Assembly (NCBI GenBank): GCA_035285865.1
Contig: JAYKHS010000028.1
Span: forward strand, 1-64,000
Length of the DNA: 64,000 bases
Origin: Candidatus Sericytochromatia bacterium
Lineage (GTDB): Bacteria > Cyanobacteriota > Sericytochromatia > S15B-MN24 > VGJW01
Direction of reading: 5' to 3'
Shown here: in pieces, positions 26,477 through 35,530 of the stretch
How positions within the stretch are numbered: the first letter of the stretch is position 1
How the letters are laid out: each line of letters starts with the position of its first letter
Translations under genes and position numbers: made by a program
Notes under the pieces: generated by a model
The model's database searches: none
What the model was told of the DNA's origin: nothing
The model's input: the letters and a program-made list of their open reading frames with translations, nothing else

Positions 26477-28688
26477 GGCCGTTGCCGGGAGCACCGAAGG
26501 GCGCGAGACCGACCTGCTGCATCCCCAGATGCGGCGCCGCATCGCCGACCGCCTCGGCTGGCCGGACTTGAGGCCGGCACAGAAGCTGGCCGTGCCGCCC
26601 ATCGTCTCGGGTCGCCACGCGCTCGTCATCGCACCCACGGCCGGGGGCAAGACCGAAGCAGCCTTCTTTCCGCTGTTGTCCCGGTTGCTCGAGGTCGGCG
26701 CGGCTCCGATGTCCGTCGTCTATGTTTCGCCCCTCAAGGCGCTCATCAACAACGTCGAGCCCCGACTGGCCCGGTATGCGGCCATGGCCGACCGGACGGT
26801 CTTCCGATGGCATGGTGACGTCGGTGCCGGACAGCGTGCTGCCTTCGTCCGCGAGCCGGCCGATGTCCTGCTGACGACACCCGAAAGCCTCGAGGCCCTG
26901 TTCATGGGGGGGCGCCAGGGCGTGTTCGCCGAGGTCCGGGCCGTGGTCATCGACGAGGCCCATGCCTTCGCGGGGACGGACAGGGGCGTGCAGTTGGCCT
27001 GCCTGCTCGAGCGCCTGGCTGCGGTCAGTCGCCATCACGTGCAGCGCATCGCGCTGTCGGCCACGCTGGGAAATCCCGAAGCCTTTCTGGATTGGCTGTG
27101 TGGCTCGGACAAGGGTGCGCGCGAGGTCGTCAATCCCGCCCGCTCTGGCATTCAGCGGCGGTTCGTGCTTCGTCACCTCGAGGACGGGGATGTCGGGGAC
27201 GTGGCCCGCGCGGCTGCGCCGCACCTGCGGGGTCGCAAGGCGATGTTCTTCACGGACGCCCGCCGTCTGGCAGAGGCTCTGGTCCCCGCGCTGTGCGCCG
27301 AGGGCGTTCCTGCCGTCATTCACCATGCCAGTGTCGATCGCAGCCTGCGCGAGGAGGTCGAGCAGGAGGTCGTGCGCGCCGAGGAGAGCTGTCTCGTGTG
27401 CACCAGCACGATGGAGATGGGCGTGGACGTCGGCGATGTCGAGGCGGTGCTGCAGCTGGATGCTCCGCTCAGCGTCGCGTCCTATCTGCAGCGCATGGGG
27501 CGTGCAGGCCGACGAGGCAAGCCGGGCCTGATGGTGGTGCTCACCGACGATCGCGACGCTTTTCTGCGTGCCGTGGCCCTGACGACACTGGCCTTGCGGC
27601 GCTGGGTCGAGCCCGTGGCATTGCCCGAGCGTGCCTGGACGGTCCTGGTGCATCAGGTGCTGGTGCGGGTCCTCGCGCGTCGTCGCGTCGCCGTGGATGA
27701 GCTGTACGCGGAGCTTGCCTGCAATGTCCCGTTCCGCGGTATCCGGGCCACCGAGTTTGCGGTGCTGGTGGACCACCTGTGCGGCCTTGGCCTGCTCGAG
27801 CGTGTCCGTCATCAGGTCCAGCTGGGCTACGGGGCCGAGCGTCAGTTCGGGCAGGCGCACTTCAGCAGCCTGTGTTCCGTCTTCGCCGAGGGCGAAGAGC
27901 AGTGGCAGGTCATGGCCGGCGGTCGTGCCATCGGCGTGATGGATGCGTCCTTCCTGCGCAAGGCAGCGGCCGAAGGCGGGTTCATGCTGGCCGGCAAGGC
28001 CTGGCGGGCCGTGCGTGTCGACGAGGGGCGGCGGCGCGTCGTGGTCGAGGGCATGTCGGCCGGCGAGGGCGGCCGGGCACCGCGCTGGCGACAGGCCGGC
28101 AGCGTCGCCATGGATGGTCGGGTTGCCGAAGAGATGCGGCAGCTTCTGGTTCAGGACGAAATGCCGTCGTGGCTTGATGCACCGGAACAAAGCCTCTTGT
28201 CCGAGCTTCGGAACGAGGCTGCCGTCCGGGGGCTTCGGCCGGACGCCTTCCCCGTCTGGAAGGCGCGAGGTGCCGTCGAGCTGCGCACGATGGCCGGCGA
28301 GTCGCGGAACCGTGCCCTTGCGCTTGCGCTTGCCGATGCTCTGCAGGCCCGAGCCACCGTGCGTTGGGATCGGGTGACGCTGCGGTCGGGTCGGCGGGGT
28401 GTTCGCCTGTCGGCCGGGGACATCGTCCGCATCGTGGACGACTGGGCCGAACATGGCCTGACGTCGTCGGATCGATCGGCCATTCTCCGCGGCATCGGGC
28501 CTACGCCCGGTTCCCGCTTCGAGCCCTATCTGCCGCAGGCCTTTGCCGAGGAAGTTCGTGCCGCCGAAAGGGCCGATGTCGAGGGCCTGGAAGCGTGGTT
28601 GCACACCTGTCGGCCAATCCTGGTGGTGCCGGCTGTCTACGAACCCGAAGGGGATGCCGAGGACGAGCTCATCGAGCCCACGGTTTGA
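26466..28688 (+). CDS. Lhr-like DEAD/DEAH SF2 helicase (Shango SngC / BrxH-like)
   Basis: TTG start with AGGAGG RBS; LGWPDLRPAQ, APTAGGKT, TTPESL, DEAH, SAT, HHAS, TSTMEMGVDVG, QRMGRAGR. Confidence 0.9.
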   Translation: MTSEAVAGSTEGRETDLLHPQMRRRIADRLGWPDLRPAQKLAVPPIVSGRHALVIAPTAGGKTEAAFFPLLSRLLEVGAAPMSVVYVSPLKALINNVEPRLARYAAMADRTVFRWHGDVGAGQRAAFVREPADVLLTTPESLEALFMGGRQGVFAEVRAVVIDEAHAFAGTDRGVQLACLLERLAAVSRHHVQRIALSATLGNPEAFLDWLCGSDKGAREVVNPARSGIQRRFVLRHLEDGDVGDVARAAAPHLRGRKAMFFTDARRLAEALVPALCAEGVPAVIHHASVDRSLREEVEQEVVRAEESCLVCTSTMEMGVDVGDVEAVLQLDAPLSVASYLQRMGRAGRRGKPGLMVVLTDDRDAFLRAVALTTLALRRWVEPVALPERAWTVLVHQVLVRVLARRRVAVDELYAELACNVPFRGIRATEFAVLVDHLCGLGLLERVRHQVQLGYGAERQFGQAHFSSLCSVFAEGEEQWQVMAGGRAIGVMDASFLRKAAAEGGFMLAGKAWRAVRVDEGRRRVVVEGMSAGEGGRAPRWRQAGSVAMDGRVAEEMRQLLVQDEMPSWLDAPEQSLLSELRNEAAVRGLRPDAFPVWKARGAVELRTMAGESRNRALALALADALQARATVRWDRVTLRSGRRGVRLSAGDIVRIVDDWAEHGLTSSDRSAILRGIGPTPGSRFEPYLPQAFAEEVRAAERADVEGLEAWLHTCRPILVVPAVYEPEGDAEDELIEPTV

Positions 28689-29106
28689 TGATGACGAGGG
28701 CGACGATCCCGATCATCAGCAGGGTGGGGACCTCGTTCAGGATCCGCAGGCGCGTGTCCGAGGGCACCGTCTCGTTTGCTGCGAGCTTGCGCCTGAGCGG
28801 AAGAGCGGCGTGGTGGACACCCGTCATCAGGACCACCAGGGCCACCTTCCCGTGCAGCCATGGCTGATGCCACAGGGAGGGTTGCACGGCGGTCATGCCG
28901 AGACCCAGCAGCCACGTCGCGACCATCGCCGGGTTGGCGATGTAGGTGTAGAGTCGGCGCTCCCACTCGACCAGGCGCGTGCGCACGACCGGCTCGGTCT
29001 CGGTGCCGTGGTAGACGAACAGGCGGAAGAGGTAGAGCAGGCCTGCCATCCAAGCGATGACCGCCACGACATGCGCGGTCTTGAGCACGACGTACAGGAT
29101 GTCCAT
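28669..29106 (-). CDS. hemJ: Protoporphyrinogen oxidase HemJ
   Basis: KTAHVVAVIAWMAGLLYLFRLFVYH, ERRLY..IANPAM, WLHGK, NEVP, IIKP. Confidence 0.92.
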   Translation of the reverse strand: MDILYVVLKTAHVVAVIAWMAGLLYLFRLFVYHGTETEPVVRTRLVEWERRLYTYIANPAMVATWLLGLGMTAVQPSLWHQPWLHGKVALVVLMTGVHHAALPLRRKLAANETVPSDTRLRILNEVPTLLMIGIVALVIIKPWAR

Positions 29107-29196
29107 GGCGCCATTCTAGCCCGGATTGTGAAGGGTTCTTGAAATCTGTGGCCTTCAGACGTTCAGCCGCACGATAGCCTTGCGGGGGGACGGCTC

Positions 29197-30135
29197 ATGA
29201 GCGTGGCGATGCGTGGCGTGGCGACTGCTGACCTGAGGGCGCGGACCGGAGCGATTGCCGTGCCTGCGGCTGCTGCCGAGGTGCCGCAGGTCGCGCGAGC
29301 GGCCACCGATGTCCTCTCCCTGTCCCGCGCCTCACGTCCGATGCCCTATGCCGGAGTGGCGGCTCCGTCCGTGCCCTCATCCGGCGTGCTTGGCCGCATC
29401 CAGCAGGGCTTCAGTCAGGCGACAGCGGGTGCTCGAGGGTTGCTCTCCCAGGTCTGGCAGCGTTTCCAGCAGGTTTTCCTCGGTGGACGCCGGAACATGC
29501 CGGCAGCCGTCGAGCAGCGCGCGGCACGCGCGTCCGTCAATCGGGCCGTGGCCGAGACCGCAGCGCGCAACGGCAATTCGGGCCTTGTTCGGGATCCGGC
29601 GACGCAGGCTCGTGTGCAAGGGGTCCTTGATCGCCTTGCTGCGGCGGCAGGCAACGGTCGCAGTTACAAGGCCGTCGTGCTTGATGATGCCCAGCCCAAT
29701 GCCTACTCGATGGGTGGCGGATACATCGCGATCACGCGGGGCATGCTGGGCAAGCTCCAGTCGGATGACGAGCTGGCTTTCGTGCTCGGGCACGAGGTGA
29801 CGCACGACCGCAATCGGGACGTCATGGGCGGTATGGCGCTGGACATGGAGAAGAATCGTCTGGCGGGTCTGCTCATGCGGATTCCGGGCGGCAGGCAGGT
29901 GGTGGGTCTGTTCCAGAAGATGACCGAAGCCATCACGCAGGCCGTGGAGTTCCAAGCCGACGCCGGCGGTCTTGACCTGGCGCGTCGGGCGGGCTACGAC
30001 GGGACGGCGTCCGTCCGCCTGAACCAGCGCTTCCTCGAAGAGCTCAAGGGTCAGGGTGGAGCAGACGTCGGGACGACCCATCCTCCCTTCGTGGAGCGCA
30101 TCCGGAAGCTGTGGGACCGCCTGCGCGGCGCGTGA
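29197..30135 (+). CDS. M48 family zinc metallopeptidase
   Basis: PNAYSMGGG, ELAFVLGHEVTH, EFQAD, THP..ERI. Confidence 0.85.
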   Translation: MSVAMRGVATADLRARTGAIAVPAAAAEVPQVARAATDVLSLSRASRPMPYAGVAAPSVPSSGVLGRIQQGFSQATAGARGLLSQVWQRFQQVFLGGRRNMPAAVEQRAARASVNRAVAETAARNGNSGLVRDPATQARVQGVLDRLAAAAGNGRSYKAVVLDDAQPNAYSMGGGYIAITRGMLGKLQSDDELAFVLGHEVTHDRNRDVMGGMALDMEKNRLAGLLMRIPGGRQVVGLFQKMTEAITQAVEFQADAGGLDLARRAGYDGTASVRLNQRFLEELKGQGGADVGTTHPPFVERIRKLWDRLRGA

Positions 30136-30163
30136 GGTTCGGGATGCTGCCATACTGGCAGGC

Positions 30164-31003
30164 ATGAACGTTCCGGCACCGACCTCGATCTCGGCTCGTC
30201 GTCCCATGGTTCACGGGGGCGAGATACCTTGGGTCGGTCTTGGCGTGTTCCGGGTTCCGGCGGGGGTGCCGGGCGTGAATGTCGTGCTCGAGGCCTTGGG
30301 GCAGGGGTATCGGCACGTGGATACGGCGCGCATTTACGGCAATGAGGTGGAGGTCGGGGAGGCCTTGCGGGCGTCGGGCCTGCCGCGTGGCGAGGTCTTC
30401 GTAACCAGCAAGGTCTGGAACGACGACCACGGCTATGACGCCACCCTGCGTGCCGTCGAGGGCAGTCTCGGCCGTTTGGATATCGGGCCCATCGACCTGA
30501 TGCTGGTGCATTGGCCGGTGCATGGGCTGAGGCGGGAGACTTGGCGGGCGCTTGAGCGATGCCTCGGGGACGGCATGGTCCGGGCCATCGGCGTGAGCAA
30601 CTACATGGTCCGGCATCTCGAGGAGATGACGGCCTATGCCAACGACAAGCCGGCCGTCAATCAGATTGAGGTCCATCCCTTCCTGCAGCAGCGGGATGTC
30701 CGGGCCTGGTGCCGGGCTCAGGGAGTGGTCGTCGAGGCTTATAGCCCGCTTGCCAAGGGACGGCGGATGGACCATCCGGTCCTCGGTGCCGTTGCCGCCG
30801 AAGTGGGTCGGACACCGGCGCAGGTGCTCCTGCGCTGGGGCCTCGAGCGGGACATGGTGGTGTTGCCGAAGTCCGTATCGCCCGAACGCATGGCCGAGAA
30901 CGCGGATCTGTTCGGTTGGGAACTCGGTCCCGCCCTGCTGGAACAGCTGGATGCGCTCGAGGAAGGGGCGGTGACGGGCTGGGATCCGCGCGAGGCACCC
31001 TGA
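30164..31003 (+). CDS. Aldo/keto reductase
   Basis: GYRHVDTARIY, FVTSKVW, IGVSNY, NQIEVHP, AYSPL, LPKS. Confidence 0.93.
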   Translation: MNVPAPTSISARRPMVHGGEIPWVGLGVFRVPAGVPGVNVVLEALGQGYRHVDTARIYGNEVEVGEALRASGLPRGEVFVTSKVWNDDHGYDATLRAVEGSLGRLDIGPIDLMLVHWPVHGLRRETWRALERCLGDGMVRAIGVSNYMVRHLEEMTAYANDKPAVNQIEVHPFLQQRDVRAWCRAQGVVVEAYSPLAKGRRMDHPVLGAVAAEVGRTPAQVLLRWGLERDMVVLPKSVSPERMAENADLFGWELGPALLEQLDALEEGAVTGWDPREAP

Positions 31004-31032
31004 GGACGGCGTACGGGCTCTGTTGGCTCATT

Positions 31033-31680
31033 TCAGCCCGTTTCGACCACCCGTCGGAACGTCAGGTTGACTCGCATGCCGACGGCTCGGGTCGAGCGGG
31101 GCAGGCAGTGCTCCCATGCCGTCTGGGTGCCCTCGGCCATCAGGAGGAGGCTGCCATGTTCCAGCATCATGTCCAGTCGCCGGGTCCTGTCCTTGCTGCG
31201 GAAGCGGAAGCGCCTCGGCGCCCCGAGGCTGATCGAGGCAACCACCGGATCGGGTCCCAACTCCCGTTCGTTGTCGGCGTGCCAGCCAACGCCATCTCGG
31301 CCATCCCGGTAGAGGTTCGCCAGCACGGCGTTGAAGCGTTGACCTGTCGTCTCTTCGATGCGCCTCCGCAGATACTCAAGGGTTGGTGTCCATGGTGCCG
31401 GCAGGTGAAGACGGCCCGAGTAGCGGTAATGGCATCCTCGCTCTCCGTGCCAAGCCGTGAGCCGAGGGGCCGGCACTTCCTTGCCGCAGATGCGCAGCAC
31501 TGGCTGCTCCCAAGGCAGGCTCGCGAGAAGATTGGCCAGGACTGCGTCCGCTTCCGGGCACCCCAGCCAGAAGGGCCAGAGCGTGACGGGCGGTTCCGAG
31601 GCCGTCAGGATCCCGGGCGTTGCCAGCTGCAGCGGGGTTTGCTCTTGATGCGCCGGGTGGCACGGGCGTGCTTGTAGCAC
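31033..31680 (-). CDS. alkB: AlkB family 2OG-Fe(II) dioxygenase (ALKBH2/3-like); start uncertain
   Basis: PRLTAW, YRYSG, FNAVLANLYRDGRDGVGWHAD, HGSLLLM, WEH, RVNLTFR. Confidence 0.9.
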   Translation of the reverse strand: MLQARPCHPAHQEQTPLQLATPGILTASEPPVTLWPFWLGCPEADAVLANLLASLPWEQPVLRICGKEVPAPRLTAWHGERGCHYRYSGRLHLPAPWTPTLEYLRRRIEETTGQRFNAVLANLYRDGRDGVGWHADNERELGPDPVVASISLGAPRRFRFRSKDRTRRLDMMLEHGSLLLMAEGTQTAWEHCLPRSTRAVGMRVNLTFRRVVETG

Positions 31681-31898
31681 GTCAGGACCGTGTCGCCCTT
31701 GGCCGTCACCAGGACCGTGAGGCCGACCAGATGGCCGTGGGTCCGCAGCAGGGCTGCCGTCAGGTCCTTGCGGCGAACGGTATAGAAGGTGGCTCCGGCA
31801 CGGTGAAGCACGTGGCCGAAGTGGCGTGCGAAAGCGATGGCTTCTTCCGCGATGGCGCGCTGGCTCATGCGCAGCTGGGCATGCTTCGTCAGGTTCAC
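31605..31898 (-). CDS. DUF4258-like small protein
   Basis: GGAGAAGG RBS before GTG; LTKHAQLRMSQRAI..FG..VLTCYK. Confidence 0.65.
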   Translation of the reverse strand: MNLTKHAQLRMSQRAIAEEAIAFARHFGHVLHRAGATFYTVRRKDLTAALLRTHGHLVGLTVLVTAKGDTVLTCYKHARATRRIKSKPRCSWQRPGS

Positions 31899-31953
31899 GG
31901 CCTTCTCCGTCGATGACTCGAGCTTACAAGGCATGTCATCCCCGAATATGCGG

Positions 31954-31965
31954 GAACCTATGTTC
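31954..31965. promoter_or_regulatory. Putative LexA (SOS) box
   Basis: GAAC-CTAT-GTTC in the AT-rich region upstream of DUF4258-alkB. Confidence 0.6.
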
Positions 31966-32048
31966 AGGGCATGAAAAATGTCTTTTGAGGGATTATGTTG
32001 CCTGAATTGACGGCCAAGTGCAGTCGGTTGGCCGTTCGCTGAGGACCC

Positions 32049-33326
32049 TCAGAGCGCCTTCGTGAAGAACTCCACGACGCGTTTTCTGTAACCTTCCGGG
32101 TCAGTGCCGTCGGAGTTCGCGTGCCCTGCTCCGGGGACGAGCCAGAGACTCTTGGGCTCCTGTGCGGCTGCGTAGTTCACGCGGCTGTTCTCGGCGATGA
32201 TGAACGGGTCCTCCTCGCCATGCACGATCTGGATGGGCCTCGGTGCGATGCGGGCCACCCACTTGTCGGGATCGGCTTCCGTGACGTCGGCGCCGACCTT
32301 CCGGTTGACCGATTCCAGCACGGCAGCGACCACGAGCCGGACGAAGGGCGCTTGGAACCTGGAGGCGGCGCTCAGAATGGCCATCCGTACCGAGGCGAAG
32401 CCGCAGTCGTCCCAGACGGCCTTGAAGTCCGGATCGGCGGCAGCCGCCCGAATCGAGGAGGCTCCACCGAGCGACAGGCCCAGAAGACCGAGCGAATCCA
32501 GTCCGAGTTCCCGGGCCCATGCCTTTGCGGCGGCGATGTCGCGAGGCTCGTGCAGGCCGTAGGTCACGTGCTCGCCGGTCGAGGCACCATGCCGGCGCAG
32601 GTCGATGGCAATCAGGTCGAAGCCGGCCTCATGGAGCGCCGGGACGACCACGGACCCCATCCAGATGGCCTTGCTCGCCCCATGGCCGTGCACGAGGATG
32701 ACGGCCTTGCCGGTCCGGTTGCGTGCGGGGATGTGCCATGCGGCAATCCTGACGCCATCTTCGGCGGTCAAGGTACGCGCGGTGTACGTCAGCCCCAGAT
32801 CACCCGGCGTGCGACGGTCTTCGTGGCGCTTGGGGTGAATCATGAACTCGGATCCGTGGTGCCCGACCAGACGCAGGTAGCGTCCCATCAGCCAGCCGCC
32901 TATGGTCCGGCCCTCTCGGGCATCGGCCACGGGCTCCGCTGCGCCCGGGGTTTCTGCAGAAGCGGCCCGGAAGGAACCGGCCTGCGTGGCGCGAATATGG
33001 TCGGCCAACCGGTTCATCTCCGCCCGGGCGGAGAGAGCCGATGCGTGGATGCCTGCATGCTCGATCGTCATCGGGCGAAGCAGTTCAGCGCGCGTCAAGC
33101 TGCCGTTGCCGTCCTTGTCCAAGGTGCGGAAGACCTGGCCGGGTAGAGGCAGCGTGCGGGCATCCAGGCTGCCGTGCTCGCGAACGAGACGCTCGAGGAC
33201 GGCCTCCGCGAACGGACGGTCCTGATCCGGGGCTGGCGCGGTTCGGACCGGTGTCGCCTGTCCGCAGCCAACACCCGCCGCAGCGATGGCTGCGACGAGA
33301 AGAAGGCGGAGGGCGTGGTGCAACAT
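32049..33326 (-). CDS. Alpha/beta hydrolase lipoprotein with an N-terminal EF-hand
   Basis: GVGC lipobox-like; DKDGNGSLTRAE; VHGHG, DLRRHGAS, GLSLG, HGEED, GAGH. Confidence 0.85.
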   Translation of the reverse strand: MLHHALRLLLVAAIAAAGVGCGQATPVRTAPAPDQDRPFAEAVLERLVREHGSLDARTLPLPGQVFRTLDKDGNGSLTRAELLRPMTIEHAGIHASALSARAEMNRLADHIRATQAGSFRAASAETPGAAEPVADAREGRTIGGWLMGRYLRLVGHHGSEFMIHPKRHEDRRTPGDLGLTYTARTLTAEDGVRIAAWHIPARNRTGKAVILVHGHGASKAIWMGSVVVPALHEAGFDLIAIDLRRHGASTGEHVTYGLHEPRDIAAAKAWARELGLDSLGLLGLSLGGASSIRAAAADPDFKAVWDDCGFASVRMAILSAASRFQAPFVRLVVAAVLESVNRKVGADVTEADPDKWVARIAPRPIQIVHGEEDPFIIAENSRVNYAAAQEPKSLWLVPGAGHANSDGTDPEGYRKRVVEFFTKAL

Positions 33327-33505
33327 GGGACTCCTTCATGTTGTCCTAACCTTGTCTTAACAACTTGCGTCCTTTCGGCGTTTGCGCGAGAAATATTTTC
33401 GGTGCGCCCGACCGATGGTGCCGGCGATTGACGCCGGAGGCCATGGCGGAGTACCCCTTGGGTGCCGGCTCGGCCGGCCTTGAACTTGACGGAGGCTTGT
33501 CCGGA

Positions 33506-34120
33506 ATGGCCCTACCCCCATCGCAAGCGGCACTTGATGCGGCCCATGCCAGAGTTTCGCGACGTCGTTTCCAGCCCGGACCCTTGTCACGGGAGGTGCT
33601 GTCCACCCTGCTTGAGGCCGTTGCCCAGGCTCCGTCGGCCTACAATGTGCAACCGTGGCGGTTCACGGTGGTCGAGGAACCCGAACTGAAGGGCCGCCTT
33701 GCAGAGGCTGCCTACGGCCAGCCTCAGGTTCACTCCGCGCCGGCGGTGATCGTGCTCCATACGGACATGCAAGACGTCATGGCGAACCTCGAGGAGGTCG
33801 CGAACCCGGCTTTCGGCGATGCGGGCCGTGAGGGTTTCGTCGAGCGCGTTCGGGCGGCTTACGGGGTGCTCTCTTCCGACGACCTCGAGACTCTGGGCGC
33901 GAGCCAAGGGGGGATTGCGCTCGGTTACTTGCTGTTGCTTGCCGGGTCCATGGGCCTGGGGACTTCGCCGATGCTGGGTTTCGACCCCGCAAAGGTGCGT
34001 GCGCTTCTGGGCTTGCCCGGCCACGTCCGAATCCCCGCCCTGGTGGCCATCGGCATACCGGCGGAGGAGGGGAGTCCGCGCCATAGGCACCCCCTCGGGC
34101 GGATCGTGACCTGGCGCTAG
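33506..34120 (+). CDS. Nitroreductase family protein
   Basis: GGAGG RBS; RVSRRRF, APSAYNVQPWRF, GLGTSPMLGFD. Confidence 0.9.
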   Translation: MALPPSQAALDAAHARVSRRRFQPGPLSREVLSTLLEAVAQAPSAYNVQPWRFTVVEEPELKGRLAEAAYGQPQVHSAPAVIVLHTDMQDVMANLEEVANPAFGDAGREGFVERVRAAYGVLSSDDLETLGASQGGIALGYLLLLAGSMGLGTSPMLGFDPAKVRALLGLPGHVRIPALVAIGIPAEEGSPRHRHPLGRIVTWR

Positions 34121-34236
34121 GCGCCGAGAGCCGGAGATCGGCGCTGAAGGCGTCTTCGGATCTTGTTTGCAGTTGTTGAAATCTAGCGAGAAGTGCCATC
34201 TGTCGGGTCATGTAGGGATCAGGAGGCATGATCCCG

Positions 34237-35475
34237 ATGACGCTTCAGTCCGTTAGCAGCCAGGTGGTTCGTACGACGATGTCCTCGGTGGCGATGCCTG
34301 CCGATACCTTCGTCCAGGCTTTCGGCGTCGAGGACACGCCTGAGCAGCAGGCCTTGCCGGCATTCCGCGACGAAGCCTCGGTCGTGCCGACCGGACAGGG
34401 ATCGGGCCTCTCGCTCGATGCACCCGTGCCGGCTGCGCCTGCACCCAAGCCGGAGGCGGCTTCCGTCGTCACGGATCTTTTGAGCCGCCATCCAGAGTTG
34501 CCTCGCGAGGTCGCCGGCGTCAACGTGGGCGGCGTGCTCAACGACGTGCTCTCTGGCAAGGTCAGTCAGGAAGATGCACTCAAGAACATCTTTCCGCTCG
34601 AGCTCCGCCAGATCATCGAGCGGTTGCTCTTCGCCCTCCGGCAGAATCCGCCCGATCTGGCCGAGGCCGGGAAGGCAGTCAAGGCGCTGTGTGACTTTGC
34701 CGCCAAGCAAGAGGCAGTCGACGACTTCCTGAGCGGCAAGTCCAATTCGGTTCCGCCAGAGATGATGGCTGAGCTGGAGCAGACCTTCGGGGACTGGAAG
34801 GGCTTCGGTCGGAACGTGGATCCGACGAAGGGCACAGGCCCTCAGGGCGGGGCGCGCCTTCGTTCCGCCATCGAGGCCTACCAGAAAGGCGACATGGAGG
34901 CCGCTAAGGCTTCCTACGCTTCGGCCCAGCAGACGGCCTCTCCCGTCGCGCTGGATCTGGACGGTGACGGCAAGATCGGCACGACTGGCGTCTCGACGGC
35001 CAAGAACCGTATCGATGGCGAGGTTGGCAAGACCGTCTCCTTCGACATCGACGGGGACGGCGACAAGGACCAGATCGAGTGGATGGCCGGCCAGGATGGC
35101 CTGGTCGTCGACGATCGGGATGGCGGGGCCACTGCGGCCGCGGCTGGCAACGGCGAGATCGACGGCAAGCGACTCTTCGGGGATGAGGGCGGGAAGTACG
35201 GAAGCGGCTATGACAAGATGCGCAGCCACGATGTCGATGGCGACGGACGCCTTACGGGGAAGGAGCTCGAAGGGCTCAAGACCTGGGTCGATGCCGATGG
35301 AGATGCCAAGGTCGACCAGGGCGAGCTCAAGACCATGGCCGAGCTGGGCATCACCGAGCTGTCCGTCCAGAACCACGCCGAGACCAACGCCCGGGGCGAG
35401 ACGCTGGACCGTTCCAGCATGGTTCGCAACGGCGAGCGCCAGATGACCGAGGACGTCTGGTTCGCCAAGCAGTAG
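34237..35475 (+). CDS. Calcium-binding protein with SPxxLDLDGDG and DxDGDG loops
   Basis: AGGAGG RBS; SPVALDLDGDG, FDIDGDG, DVDGDG, WVDADGDAKVDQGEL, DVWF. Confidence 0.75.
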   Translation: MTLQSVSSQVVRTTMSSVAMPADTFVQAFGVEDTPEQQALPAFRDEASVVPTGQGSGLSLDAPVPAAPAPKPEAASVVTDLLSRHPELPREVAGVNVGGVLNDVLSGKVSQEDALKNIFPLELRQIIERLLFALRQNPPDLAEAGKAVKALCDFAAKQEAVDDFLSGKSNSVPPEMMAELEQTFGDWKGFGRNVDPTKGTGPQGGARLRSAIEAYQKGDMEAAKASYASAQQTASPVALDLDGDGKIGTTGVSTAKNRIDGEVGKTVSFDIDGDGDKDQIEWMAGQDGLVVDDRDGGATAAAAGNGEIDGKRLFGDEGGKYGSGYDKMRSHDVDGDGRLTGKELEGLKTWVDADGDAKVDQGELKTMAELGITELSVQNHAETNARGETLDRSSMVRNGERQMTEDVWFAKQ

Positions 35476-35489
35476 TGTCGTCTGAAGGT

Positions 35490-35519
35490 ACGGGGCGGGT
35501 CCGGCAGGGCCCGCCCCGT
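35490..35519. terminator. Bidirectional hairpin between convergent genes
   Basis: ACGGGGCGGGTCC-GGCA-GGGCCCGCCCCGT. Confidence 0.65.
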
Positions 35520-35530
35520 CATGCTGGCCC

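Noticed and set aside
25115..28688. Complete BREX system
   Set aside because: No pglX, pglZ, brxC or pglW present
29140..29196. Sigma-28 promoters upstream of genes with low-complexity N-termini
   Set aside because: Only partial resemblance (CACGATAG here, GCAGACAT upstream of 615) and the spacing does not fit the consensus
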